A stretch of 64,000 nucleotides of DNA from a virus (lineage: Duplodnaviria; Caudoviricetes): positions 3,696 to 67,695 of the IMG/VR virus record IMGVR_UViG_2690315807_000003, one strand, 5' to 3'. Below the pieces are notes generated by a model. That model had not been told where the DNA came from and searched no databases. It saw only the letters and a program-made list of their open reading frames with translations. This document shows, in pieces, positions 10,123 to 20,500 of this stretch. Position 1 is the first letter of the stretch. Every line of letters starts with the position of its first letter. The position numbers were made by a program, and so were the translations under genes.

Positions 10123-10683
10123 TTACTGACTAGTGACTTGTAGAGCTGCCTCAATAAGGGCGAGTTCGGCTTTTGCATCATTTACAAGCTTCTGATATTC
10201 ATCTACTTTCTGTTTTGCCAAAGCAGTCACATCTTCTTGACCTGTTGCTTTGATGGCTTCATACTCTTTTGTAACCTTGTCCAGACCTTCTACCAGAGGT
10301 GGGAGGATTTCGGAATCATACCCTTTTTTCATTGATTCCAGATAAGCTTTCGACTTTCCACTAAACTGATTATTTTCGTTTGAAGGAAATTGAGAAGCGG
10401 TTCCTTCATTAGGTACTTCCTCGCTAGTGATAATTGTGATTGTTTTCCCAGACACTTTTACATCAGCTCCCAATGCCTCAGAAAGGGCGCGAGCAGGAAC
10501 ATTAGCCCGTGAATCTATTACTGCGCCTTTCTCAGTAAGATTTTTACCGTTGACTATAACTGAATATTCTCCAGTCACCTTTTTACCAACCATACTTTTC
10601 ACTGAATCAGCGAAAGCCCCCGCAGTTGTCGAAAAAACAATCCCGATTACGATGCCGCCAGCAATGTATGCTATTTTCTTCAT
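10123..10683 (-). CDS. Secreted copper-amine-oxidase N-terminal (stalk)-like domain protein
   Basis: Start MKKIAYIAGG with RBS ggagg; signal peptide; IDSRANVPARALSEALGADV motif. Confidence 0.75.
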   Translation of the reverse strand: MKKIAYIAGGIVIGIVFSTTAGAFADSVKSMVGKKVTGEYSVIVNGKNLTEKGAVIDSRANVPARALSEALGADVKVSGKTITIITSEEVPNEGTASQFPSNENNQFSGKSKAYLESMKKGYDSEILPPLVEGLDKVTKEYEAIKATGQEDVTALAKQKVDEYQKLVNDAKAELALIEAALQVTSQ

Positions 10684-10723
10684 ACCAAAACCTCCATAAT
10701 GGTTCTTTTTTCCTATAATACCA

Positions 10724-12919
10724 TTACGGGGTTGAAGTTGGGAAGGTTCCGCCCCAATTCGAAGCATTAGACAGACCGTGGTTATGTGTAGGCAAAGTTA
10801 CAGAATGTGAGTGAGAATAGAACGCTGATTCTAGTGATAAGATTCTATTCCTTAAAGAGGTTAAATCCGCTTGCAATCCGTTCACATCAGAAATGTCCAA
10901 TCCGATAACTGCCCCGCCAAATGTAACGACTCCTTGAAGCCTGATGGGATTTCCAGTGTTATTCGATCCTATAAAAACGTCATTACTAAAAATAGTCAGA
11001 CCGCCGCTATTTTGATATGTGTTTATCTCCCCGGCGAATGCCCCTCCTGATCCAAAGAAAGACATCGCTGCAATTCCATCATCTGAATCAGTATTGATTC
11101 TAATCCTGTTTCTATTATTAGAATCATATGTTCGAAATCCACTTGCATCCTGCTCCACACGTCTGCCTGTTGCTGCTGTACGGATTAAAGCACCAGTAAT
11201 TGTACCGCCATTAATATTTGTGCCTGTAATTGTTGAAGCCGTAATAGACCCAGAGAAGTTCGCACCTACAGCCGACATAATCCCACCTGAAGTAACTGTG
11301 AACATCCCATTGCCTACGTTTATTGAGGAACCTACGATTGCTCCATTTTTAAAGTTGGAATATTCAATATTGGCATAGTTTGCAGTTAAGCTATTAGCTA
11401 TCAAGTCACCTTTCATGTTTAGTCTGAAAGGAGCACTATTAAATGACGATGCTCCTGCTGCTATACCGTTTGTATTGATCTGGACAATATCCTCACCATT
11501 ACCGATCAACATGGAGACAAAGTTACCTAGTTGGCCTATTACTTGCTCAGCTACAACACCTCGTGCCGTTATAGCAGCACGTATTGACTGCCAACCGTCT
11601 GTAGATATCCCGACCCCTTTGGAAGTCAGCCTGACTTGTTCCAGAGGATTCGTTTTCTCTTGAGCCAGTATCCCGCCTTCTGGTGGATAGATCAGTTCGG
11701 TTTTGCTGTTATTGATATCAATGACAGCTTGTTTAGCAAATGATTCAAAAACATCCGTCCGGATCTTCCCGTTTGAAAACAGGTTGTTGGTGATGTTCTT
11801 ATTTCGTTCCAAGTCACTGATAATATCATCGTAATCTCTTAAATTGATATTGGAGATTGTCGGTTCAGCATGCTTGTCTAAACTGTATGGATACTCTGTC
11901 AGTTCAGTGATACGAGCCTTCAATCGGTTCATACCCATATCCGGGTCGATACACATGACATCATCACCTAAATGAGGTTTAGGCTCAGTGTGGTCGATTT
12001 TGAACAGGTCTGCCGTGGATATGGTCGCTTCGAGTGAGACAACTTCGTGCTCAAGCAAAGCCTTCCGTGTGGCCTTCAGCAAATCCTCTGCTTCTTCGAT
12101 ATCTTGTTCAATAATTTCTCCATCGTAAAATGGAACCGAATCGCTTGCCCAATATTGAGCAAATGGTGATATGAGATAGTTGACCGCCAGTTTACCATTC
12201 ACAATTGCCCCTGGTATGCTCGACAATAAATTACGCTCCAGGTCAGTCAATAAGGATGCATCCATACCAATGAATGTCCGACCATCTTTCATCTGTGCAT
12301 ACATTCTAGTGACAAGAGACTCTCCTTTGTCCTTGAATGAGCTGGATACGATATTCTTCTTAAGCCGGTACTGTAATCCGTGGTCTGATCCTATTCTCTT
12401 CTTGAGGTTAATCACAAAATTGTCGGGTTCTACCTCGCATTCATACAGATCGACGATCTTATTCAAAGCTTCCAGACATGTTCCCCGTCCAAAATCTTTT
12501 ACGTCATGCAAATCAAACGTATCGTGGACCACGAATGTGAATCTCCCGCCAGTGGCTTTTGTAATTAAGTCTGTCAGCTCGTTGAGATGTACGCCATACG
12601 CTTCATCGATGTATGAAGTATAGGGGAACTTGAAATCATTCAGTTTGAACATAATGTGGTTGCAATAGATTGAAGCCATAAGCTTCCGACCTTCACGGGA
12701 TCGGCTCCTGGACTGAATAACATAAAATTGGCCACGCTCGTCTTGAACGTGGCCTTTAATTGCTATTTTTTCACGGTAATCATCTGAGGTCATTGGGACC
12801 ATAAAGGTTAATTCATAATCGCTATTAATCCGTCTTCTTCGTTGGATCTCATGGCTATCAATTAGTGTTCCTACACGTCGAAGATTCTTATCGAAAACTT
12901 GCATAGTTGGGTTAGGCAT
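10724..12919 (-). CDS. Tal-like tail spike / prophage tail endopeptidase-family protein
   Basis: N-terminal prophage-tail domain (LKKNI..LVTRMY), LGDDV motif, Gly/Thr beta-repeat region. Confidence 0.8.
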   Translation of the reverse strand: MPNPTMQVFDKNLRRVGTLIDSHEIQRRRRINSDYELTFMVPMTSDDYREKIAIKGHVQDERGQFYVIQSRSRSREGRKLMASIYCNHIMFKLNDFKFPYTSYIDEAYGVHLNELTDLITKATGGRFTFVVHDTFDLHDVKDFGRGTCLEALNKIVDLYECEVEPDNFVINLKKRIGSDHGLQYRLKKNIVSSSFKDKGESLVTRMYAQMKDGRTFIGMDASLLTDLERNLLSSIPGAIVNGKLAVNYLISPFAQYWASDSVPFYDGEIIEQDIEEAEDLLKATRKALLEHEVVSLEATISTADLFKIDHTEPKPHLGDDVMCIDPDMGMNRLKARITELTEYPYSLDKHAEPTISNINLRDYDDIISDLERNKNITNNLFSNGKIRTDVFESFAKQAVIDINNSKTELIYPPEGGILAQEKTNPLEQVRLTSKGVGISTDGWQSIRAAITARGVVAEQVIGQLGNFVSMLIGNGEDIVQINTNGIAAGASSFNSAPFRLNMKGDLIANSLTANYANIEYSNFKNGAIVGSSINVGNGMFTVTSGGIMSAVGANFSGSITASTITGTNINGGTITGALIRTAATGRRVEQDASGFRTYDSNNRNRIRINTDSDDGIAAMSFFGSGGAFAGEINTYQNSGGLTIFSNDVFIGSNNTGNPIRLQGVVTFGGAVIGLDISDVNGLQADLTSLRNRILSLESAFYSHSHSVTLPTHNHGLSNASNWGGTFPTSTP

Positions 12920-12933
12920 TTTTCACCTCGATA

Positions 12934-13485
12934 TTAATAAAGGAATTTGTCACGATGTGTAATCCTCATCAGCACTGTCCGTCCTGTTTCCGGGTCAGTC
13001 CAGGTCAGGTTATTTTCTCCTAAATTCAGATAGAAGAAGTCTCCGTCATACAAATGTGATACGTTCTGACCATTCCGAGTTATTTTGAATTTATCAGTAT
13101 CAATTATGATCTGATCTCCAGGGTTAAACACGTCTTCAAATTCGATATAATCCACATGGAAGCGAGAAGCTTCGGCAAACAATCTCGCCTCGCCGGACAT
13201 CTGAGAACTGAAACGCAACTCGCGCACAAAGTCCGCTTGAAGCCGAGCCTCCCCTGACATTGGCAAAGCTTCCAAGACGTATTCACGTATAAAATCAGCT
13301 TCTACTCGCGCCTCTCCTGACAGTTCAGAAGACAGAGACATTTCCATTGAATATTCCAACTCATACTCATCGCCATCGCGTTTCGTATACATCTGTGCGC
13401 CACCCGATAAATGCGCCGACATATCAATGATATTTACTCCGCCGCCTGTGTTAAACTCAATTTCGTTAAATCCGCCACCGAACAA
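12934..13485 (-). CDS. Distal tail (Dit) C-terminal-like protein
   Basis: GDQIIIDTDK..NGQN..GDFFYLNLGENNL..ITHRDKFLY; immediately upstream of Tal. Confidence 0.65.
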   Translation of the reverse strand: MFGGGFNEIEFNTGGGVNIIDMSAHLSGGAQMYTKRDGDEYELEYSMEMSLSSELSGEARVEADFIREYVLEALPMSGEARLQADFVRELRFSSQMSGEARLFAEASRFHVDYIEFEDVFNPGDQIIIDTDKFKITRNGQNVSHLYDGDFFYLNLGENNLTWTDPETGRTVLMRITHRDKFLY

Positions 13486-13505
13486 GGCAATCGCCTCCTT
13501 TCAGC

Positions 13506-13649
13506 CTACGCTTCATACTTCTTGTCTGTAATCTGTTCAAATTCATCTGGTGTAATTACCCCAAAGGAAACATACTGCTTGAGCTGAGGTTCCTTAGCCC
13601 ATTTCTTTTCGTAGTAGTATTGGAGTCTTTCAAAGTCAGAATTAAACAT
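13506..13649 (-). CDS. xkdX: XkdX-family small protein (not in ORF track)
   Basis: 47 aa MFNSDFERLQYYYEKKWAKEPQLKQYVSFGVITPDEFEQITDKKYEA; overlaps upstream gene. Confidence 0.85.
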   Translation of the reverse strand: MFNSDFERLQYYYEKKWAKEPQLKQYVSFGVITPDEFEQITDKKYEA

Positions 13650-14229
13650 TTGCCTCGTCTCCCTTCGATTGTGTTTCCACAGTTAATACTCGTAATTCCA
13701 GACCAACAATTTGTCCGCCCAACGCTTCATTTTGTGCCTTTAGGTCAGCGCCTTCCAACTCCCTCATGACAATCTGCTGGCCCAAGATCTCATTCTGTTG
13801 CTTTAATTCGAGGGCTTCCAGCTCTCGCTGTACAAGTTGTTCGCCAAAACGATCCAGCTCGGTCGGCTCCGTAGGCTGTGGCTTGGTCAATTCGTCTATC
13901 TCTTCCTGGCTTAAACCTTCGATCCATAGCTCAGGAAAACTTTCCTGGGGATCTGCGTCCTGGTACGCTTCCCAAGCTGCTAGGTCAAAGCGAGGACGAA
14001 ACAGTCCAGCAGGAACCGGCACGCCTACGATATAGCCGGCAATCTCCCTCTCTACTTCATCCTCGTCCTCTTCCGGCACATCAGGTTCCACAGGCTGTTC
14101 AGACGCTTCAGGATCGAAGACAATTGGCTCTGGCTCGGCATAAAAAGGGACGACACCACTAAAGGCATCGTCCACCAATTCGTCCTCCAAATAGAGTCCG
14201 TCTATATTTACTTTAGGTATGGCTTTCAT
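13642..14229 (-). CDS. Tail fibre assembly-type protein
   Basis: Start MKAIPKV with RBS aggagg; acidic N-terminus and repeated C-terminal coiled coil; between fibre gene and xkdX. Confidence 0.65.
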   Translation of the reverse strand: MKAIPKVNIDGLYLEDELVDDAFSGVVPFYAEPEPIVFDPEASEQPVEPDVPEEDEDEVEREIAGYIVGVPVPAGLFRPRFDLAAWEAYQDADPQESFPELWIEGLSQEEIDELTKPQPTEPTELDRFGEQLVQRELEALELKQQNEILGQQIVMRELEGADLKAQNEALGGQIVGLELRVLTVETQSKGDEANV

Positions 14230-14240
14230 GGCAATCCTCC

Positions 14241-16529
14241 TTATTGTTCGGCTTGAAATGAAATTCCGTCCAAGGAAACCCACTCATTTGCGGTTGACAT
14301 TATCATGAGAGTTCCAGATGGATTAACGTTAACTTGTGCGGCTACTTGAGTAGACGAATGAGAACCCACAGTACCGAAGTTATATTGAAGTTTTGGTCGA
14401 TATCCTTGCGGTAGTTGAAAAACAGGCACTGCATACACTCCGGGTTTTATTAATCCCTTTAATTGAACATTCCCCAACGAATCTTTATAATATTGCACAT
14501 TCTGAACGAAGTCATTGTATTTAGTCCACCCATTAAGCAACGTAGGCGTTATCCACGCAGGGTTATCCTTCTCAGCCTTTTTATTTTCAAGGACAGAAAT
14601 ACGTGTCGTGTTCTCCTGAAGAGTTCGAACAGTATCCAGTTGCAGAGCCTTTTCATTCTCGGCATACGTTCCCATCATTTCCGCTGCCGGATACTTGTCC
14701 AACATCAGGTATGTGACGCTGTAGGCTGCTGACGAATCATATTGAGAAATGGGTGATCGAACAAAGCCAACGCCATTGTATGACTCAACTACAAATTCCC
14801 ACGGCTCTTTACGCCCGGCTTTATAAACACCCAAATAGCGCGATACTGCTTTGCTTAATCTGCCCATTGGTAAGGATGAAGCATTGACGTTATAGTAATT
14901 TGGACTTGCTTGAGGTTTAGCCAGTTCGCGCAACACGATACCCGTTCCGACTTCAACCTGATTATCTCCCTCAATAAACGTCAATTGTCCCTCAGACGTG
15001 ATCGGTTCGACAGTTGGCATTGCAAGCTGGTATAGGAGTTGGTAATGCATCCAGTTTGATGCTTTGGCAGTGGGTAAAGTAGATGTTCCACCAGCGTAAG
15101 TTGCGCTTACTCCATCAGACCGATATGCCCAGCGTTTATTCGCACCGGCACTCCCGTTATATACACCTTGACCGCTAGAACTTACAGTGACGTCATACAT
15201 CTTCCATCCCATGAAATACGCCTTAATCTCGTCGGTTGTCGGTGTGTATGAGTCTCCCCATCCACTGTCTGAGTTTGAGATATTAATAGCTAATAATGAT
15301 CCGTCTGTTGAACCATAAAGGGCGTCTGCTATCTCGATATTACCTCGACTTAATTGTATTCCATTGTATTTTGTACCCACAGGACTCCAAGTGCTTGGAT
15401 CATAGGCAGGGTAGGAAAGTACTCGTACTCGTTTAAATCCGTTCGTACTTCCAGTCGAATAATTTGCATAAGACAGTTCTTCGTTTAATATTAATTTCTT
15501 CCACTTCGCCAATTTGAAATACTGCCCATCACGATCAAACACGATATCTGGGTTAGCTCCTGTATCTGGATTAGCATGTAACTCTGTTTGGAAAGCGAGC
15601 ATGGCGTCTTCACGTGGTTTGAATGGTTTGGCTATGTTTCCGATGACAAGCATTGGATTTTTGAAAATACGACTTGTGCCTGCTTGCCAAGTCCATTTAG
15701 TTGAATCGAATTCATCTGTGTATGCAGTTACACCCGACAGAACCACGCTCAAACGCACAGCAGTAGTAGCTATTTTTATAGTTTTAGATTCTCCCGGCTT
15801 AACAAAAATCCCCTGAATTCTTGTACCGGCGCTGTTGTATGTTGAAATACGCATAAAGCCAGTGGAACTGACCGGATTGCTCAAGGTGTAATCCTGGTCA
15901 CCGATCACATCTATATTGCAAGAAGCGAATGCGTCACTCCCAATAGCAGCAGAAACCAATGTTCCAAGCAAGCCGTATGCGTCGGTATCGTTGCTTGTAT
16001 GTCCGGTTTTCGTCCACTCGTAAAACGGAGGTATCAAATTTTCCCCGTACCGGATCACATACGGGTTAAGTACACCAATGATACCAATCTGGCTTTGGTA
16101 GTTAAGCACTGTCCGCCCTTGAAGCCCAGCCAGCCTAAAAGCTGCGTTCTGGTTTGCCTGAACTATGCGGATCCCTGGTTGGAGTGTAATAGCTGACCGC
16201 TCAGGAGTATCCAGCCTATCAGCAAGTTCCATTATATTTTCACGAGCTGCATCCCAATCCGCAGCCGCAAAATTACGAGCAACCCTTGTACCAGGTGTCC
16301 AAGCTTGTGCAATGCCTTGATACCCCCGCAAACAACCCTTCAGGGTATTTCCTTCAACAGATGTATAAGTGATCGTTTCTGCTGTTTCCCCGTTGCCTAT
16401 GACGGCTATCCCTTCGCCTGGTAAAAGTACGCTTGTATCAGTAACTGAAATATCTGTTTGAGCCTGTGTGATCGCCGCCGTAAGTTCCGTTTTGGGAGAA
16501 TTTACGATTGCCGGATACATCTTTCTCAT
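14241..16529 (-). CDS. Tail fibre / receptor-binding protein
   Basis: 762 aa; C-terminal WITPTLLNGW..VQLKG..FQLPQGYRP pattern typical of fibre tips. Confidence 0.75.
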   Translation of the reverse strand: MRKMYPAIVNSPKTELTAAITQAQTDISVTDTSVLLPGEGIAVIGNGETAETITYTSVEGNTLKGCLRGYQGIAQAWTPGTRVARNFAAADWDAARENIMELADRLDTPERSAITLQPGIRIVQANQNAAFRLAGLQGRTVLNYQSQIGIIGVLNPYVIRYGENLIPPFYEWTKTGHTSNDTDAYGLLGTLVSAAIGSDAFASCNIDVIGDQDYTLSNPVSSTGFMRISTYNSAGTRIQGIFVKPGESKTIKIATTAVRLSVVLSGVTAYTDEFDSTKWTWQAGTSRIFKNPMLVIGNIAKPFKPREDAMLAFQTELHANPDTGANPDIVFDRDGQYFKLAKWKKLILNEELSYANYSTGSTNGFKRVRVLSYPAYDPSTWSPVGTKYNGIQLSRGNIEIADALYGSTDGSLLAINISNSDSGWGDSYTPTTDEIKAYFMGWKMYDVTVSSSGQGVYNGSAGANKRWAYRSDGVSATYAGGTSTLPTAKASNWMHYQLLYQLAMPTVEPITSEGQLTFIEGDNQVEVGTGIVLRELAKPQASPNYYNVNASSLPMGRLSKAVSRYLGVYKAGRKEPWEFVVESYNGVGFVRSPISQYDSSAAYSVTYLMLDKYPAAEMMGTYAENEKALQLDTVRTLQENTTRISVLENKKAEKDNPAWITPTLLNGWTKYNDFVQNVQYYKDSLGNVQLKGLIKPGVYAVPVFQLPQGYRPKLQYNFGTVGSHSSTQVAAQVNVNPSGTLMIMSTANEWVSLDGISFQAEQ

Positions 16530-16537
16530 AAGATAAC

Positions 16538-16948
16538 CTACCCCTCGTCAATCTTTAGTTGACCCGCTAGATATCGAATCAGGTCATTGGTCAGTGCTGT
16601 TCTTGGCGTTTTTACAGATCCGTGATACAAGAGATTTCCGCCTGTAACAGCGTCCCTTATACCTACATGTGTAATCAGTCCCAAATCTGCTGTTGCAATA
16701 GGGAAAGATACATCTGCCGTATTCTGAACTCCTGCCCTCCGGTCCGAAATAACGGGGTCTCCGAAAACAACTTGCTGCCGGGCATAGCCTCCACCTGTCA
16801 CTTCTTGTCCTGTATCGGCGTCTGTAGGGTTAGATGTGTAAAGTGCAATATATACTTTGGGTGGAGCAGTGAAGTTAACAGCTCGTAGAGCCGCATTGAT
16901 CGAAGCTCTCTTCCAATAGTTTGATTTCGAAAGTAAAATATCTGCCAA
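16538..16948 (-). CDS. Baseplate/tail fibre-associated protein
   Basis: YIALYTSNPTDADTGQEVTGGGYARQ motif common in phage tail proteins. Confidence 0.75.
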   Translation of the reverse strand: MADILLSKSNYWKRASINAALRAVNFTAPPKVYIALYTSNPTDADTGQEVTGGGYARQQVVFGDPVISDRRAGVQNTADVSFPIATADLGLITHVGIRDAVTGGNLLYHGSVKTPRTALTNDLIRYLAGQLKIDEG

Positions 16949-16959
16949 GATAACCCCTC

Positions 16960-17514
16960 CTACTCAATTTGATATTCATTAGCTATCCTGAACTTTCGTA
17001 TAACGTTCGTACCTTGATTGGTTAATACAATAATCGGACTGGATTTTTCATCTCCTGAGGATGTAATAGAAATAGTTTGAGGAGAATTGGTGATTATTGT
17101 CTCCTTCAAGCGTTCTTCACTCTCTGGAAAAGGACTTGTCCCCATTTTGATGGGGATTGTCAGTTCTCCATCAAAAATTATCTTTTCGATGTCCATAGTG
17201 CCGGCGTATCTTCCGATGTATCTTCTTCCGGGAAGGTCATCGAACGTTAACACGATATCCCCTTTTTTCACATTAAAAAGAGCCGCCACTTGGGCGACTC
17301 TTCTATGATAGTCAAGGGTGGTATCATCAGCCATGACGATACACTCCAGGTTAATTACTCTTGGACCATAAGTACTCCCAAAATCGATTTCTCCATCCCG
17401 TCCTGCAATTTCAAGACTGTAGTCCCTGGTCGGTGGCAACACCGGGATGTTATGCTTCTTCAGGCCAAGTCCGATCTCTCGAAAGGACTTTCCATCAGCA
17501 GTAGCATTGATCAT
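16960..17514 (-). CDS. Distal tail protein (Dit), N-terminal domain only
   Basis: EIAGRDG..GPRVINL..LTFDDLPGRRY; directly after tape measure gene. Confidence 0.8.
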   Translation of the reverse strand: MINATADGKSFREIGLGLKKHNIPVLPPTRDYSLEIAGRDGEIDFGSTYGPRVINLECIVMADDTTLDYHRRVAQVAALFNVKKGDIVLTFDDLPGRRYIGRYAGTMDIEKIIFDGELTIPIKMGTSPFPESEERLKETIITNSPQTISITSSGDEKSSPIIVLTNQGTNVIRKFRIANEYQIE

Positions 17515-20500
17515 TATCCCTTACCTCCTCTAGCCTGCATTCTCCGCATCAAATTATCTCGTTCACTCCAGAAGACCTTCGCAGCCGATTCGTCCGCGAT
17601 ATAAGTATCTCCTGATTTAATTACGAATTGATTACTGGTCCTCTCCGGATTTACTCCGTTTGAACCTTGAGGAACTGAGAAATCAGGCATTGTGAAGTCT
17701 AGTCTGTGCATTCGTAGGTTCAGGAGATTAAACAACGAATCCTGTTGACGGTCATTAAGGATAGCCTCTCCAGCATGAGCGATAACTGGAACAGCCGCAC
17801 CGCGAGGTCCTTTGACAACCCCACCTTGGGAGAAGTGTTGAAGTTTACCTGTGTCCTTCTCAACGCCGTATTTTTTACGTAGGGCTTCATTTTGTTCTTG
17901 AAGGAGCCGCATGGTTTCGGTATCACCACGAGCTTTGGCTGCGTCCCAGGCATCCTTGTTGGAATTGTACGTATAAAGATCAATTTCTTTCTGATATGAA
18001 GGGTCCTTCGATGCAGTACCAGGAGCAAAAGTTCCACCAGGAACGTCAGTCACTCCAATCGCAGCGTTTGCCACAGTAATCTGATCAAGGCGACTCTGGT
18101 ATTCCAAAACAAACGCATCAAGCATACCTAGGATCGTTTCGTTCTTCTCGCTTTCCTTCAAAATCTGAATGTTTTTCAGGTTCTCTGCAGATAATTCGGT
18201 GTTTGAAGAAAATTCATCAAAGGCTGCTGAAAGATTATCATAATGCGATTTAGCATCTTGGATTTTATCGTCAAAATCTTTTTCGCGATTTGTTTTTTCC
18301 TCTTGCAACGCCGTTTTTTGATCCTCAAGCGCTTGTTTCGCAAGCTTGCGCCCGTGTTCACGATCCATATCCTCAATATCCTTCTGAACCTGTTTCCGCT
18401 CTGCAATACCTTCAGGACCAACAGCGGACTGAAGTTTTTCCAAACGTGCTACTTTCTCCGCACGCAATCTCTCATAGTCATCCTGATCATTACTTCGCTC
18501 CATCGCTTGTATCAGATCATCAATGGCTTTGATTTTGGCTTCTTGAGCGGAGGCGAAAGCATCCTTCTCTGCTTGGATACGTTTAATCTCCTCATCTCTC
18601 GCATTGTCCAGTAACTTTTTCTGCTTGGTTACCGATTCGGATACGGCTTTGGTCATTTCATCCATGAGTTTTTTCTTTAGATCATAGACCTTCTCATCCG
18701 CATCCATTCGTTGATCGCTTCCTACCAAATAAGCTGCTTGAAGCTTCATGTACTCAACAAGTTCCTGTTGGGTAGTCATTTCACCGATGGCCTTTAAGTG
18801 ATTGATTCGCTTCTCAGCAGCAGAATAGTACTCCTTATCCAGATCATTACGTTGCTTATAGATTTTCTGTTCTAGATCCCACAGCTGTTCAGAAGACATA
18901 GTCTTATCAGCTTGCATCTTTAGAAACTCTTGCAGCTCCCATTTCATGATGTCTACTTTTTGAGCACCGGACATTTCCATTTTCAAAGCTTCTTTAGTCA
19001 TCCACTTCTCTGAGAACTCATAACGAGACGAAATCAGTTTCTTGGAAGTATCTTGATACATTTTCTCTGCTTCGTCTCGTTGTTCTGCTTTTAGCGTGGT
19101 ATCGTTTCGCATCCGGTTGTAAGCCTCGGCCTGCATTTGATAAATCTCAACCTCAGACTTACCTTGACGCTCCATCTGATCGGTTTGTTTATCGATCCAG
19201 CTAGTCGAATTTTTAAATTTAAGATCCGTAACCTTGTTTGTCAGATCATACACTTGTTTAGCTGATTCGACACGTTGCTCCTCAGTTAGGGCAGTATTTT
19301 TGAGTTGTCCCTGATAAAACTGAAGCTGTGTCTTGGTCATTTCCATATCGGAACGGCCTTGTTGACGCATCCGTTCAACACGAGCCTCCATATTCGCCTG
19401 CGCCGTATCAAACTGATCACTGGCGTACTGATCCTTCATGTCAGACTTCTCAGACTGTACATCACCGATTTTTTCGGTCAGACTTCGTCTCTTATTGATC
19501 AACTCATCTGATTTCAGTCCGGACTGATCTATCATCTGACGCTGCTCCTGCATCAGTTTCTGAATTTCTGTTTTAAGTTTTAATTGAAGTTGGTACTCAG
19601 TCTTATATTCTTGTGAATCTTTCTTCATATTCTTCTGGCGCGCTTCGGATTGTTTTAAAGCCAACTCTTTGTCGGAGATTTTCATATCTTTGATTCCGAG
19701 TTTACTTTCCAATTCCGAAACATCAATGTTATACAGCTCATCGCTAATCCGCAGTTGTTCGCTTTCAGCAGTGTTTTTTGCATCCTTCAATTGCTTCTGT
19801 GTAGGTTGTGTAGTTGTACTGGACTTTTGTGGAGAATAATCAGCCAAGACTTTATCTACATACCCTACATCTCCGTATACTTTGCTTTTGTATACTTTCT
19901 TGTACTTCTCAGAATAGGCGACCATGTCCGCCTTATTGTAACCACCGGACTTTTTGAACCAATCGATGATACCCGATCCCATATTGTATCCGCCAAGGGC
20001 CATGGAGACATCTCCACCGGATTTCTTCAATAGCTCAGAAAGCATCTTCGTGCCTGCATCTATACTTTGTTTAACGGTTGAATTGTTCATACCATTGACT
20101 TGCATGACATTAGTAATTCCTTTGGCTCCGAACGAGGATTCTCGTTGAATCACAGCCGCAACAAGATGTGGGTCAACATTAAATTGATTGGCAGCAGCAT
20201 TAATCTCAGAAGCGTATTTACCGGCATACGCCACTCCGCCAGAGGTTGTTTGGGGACTAGTTGATGTCGGGTAAGCAGCATCTGTCGAAAGCCCCGGAAT
20301 ACGAGTTGCTCCGTTGTACTTCGGTGCCCAGTAGCTGCTATTCAAATCCGAAACCTTTAATCCGGATTCCCCCATTTGAATAAACTTGCTATCACCCATA
20401 TAAATACCAACATGTGAGTTGTCTTTGCCATTCGTATTGAAGAACACAAGATCTCCAACTTGAAGATTTTTCTTCGATACCGCAGTTCCCGCTTTAGCTT

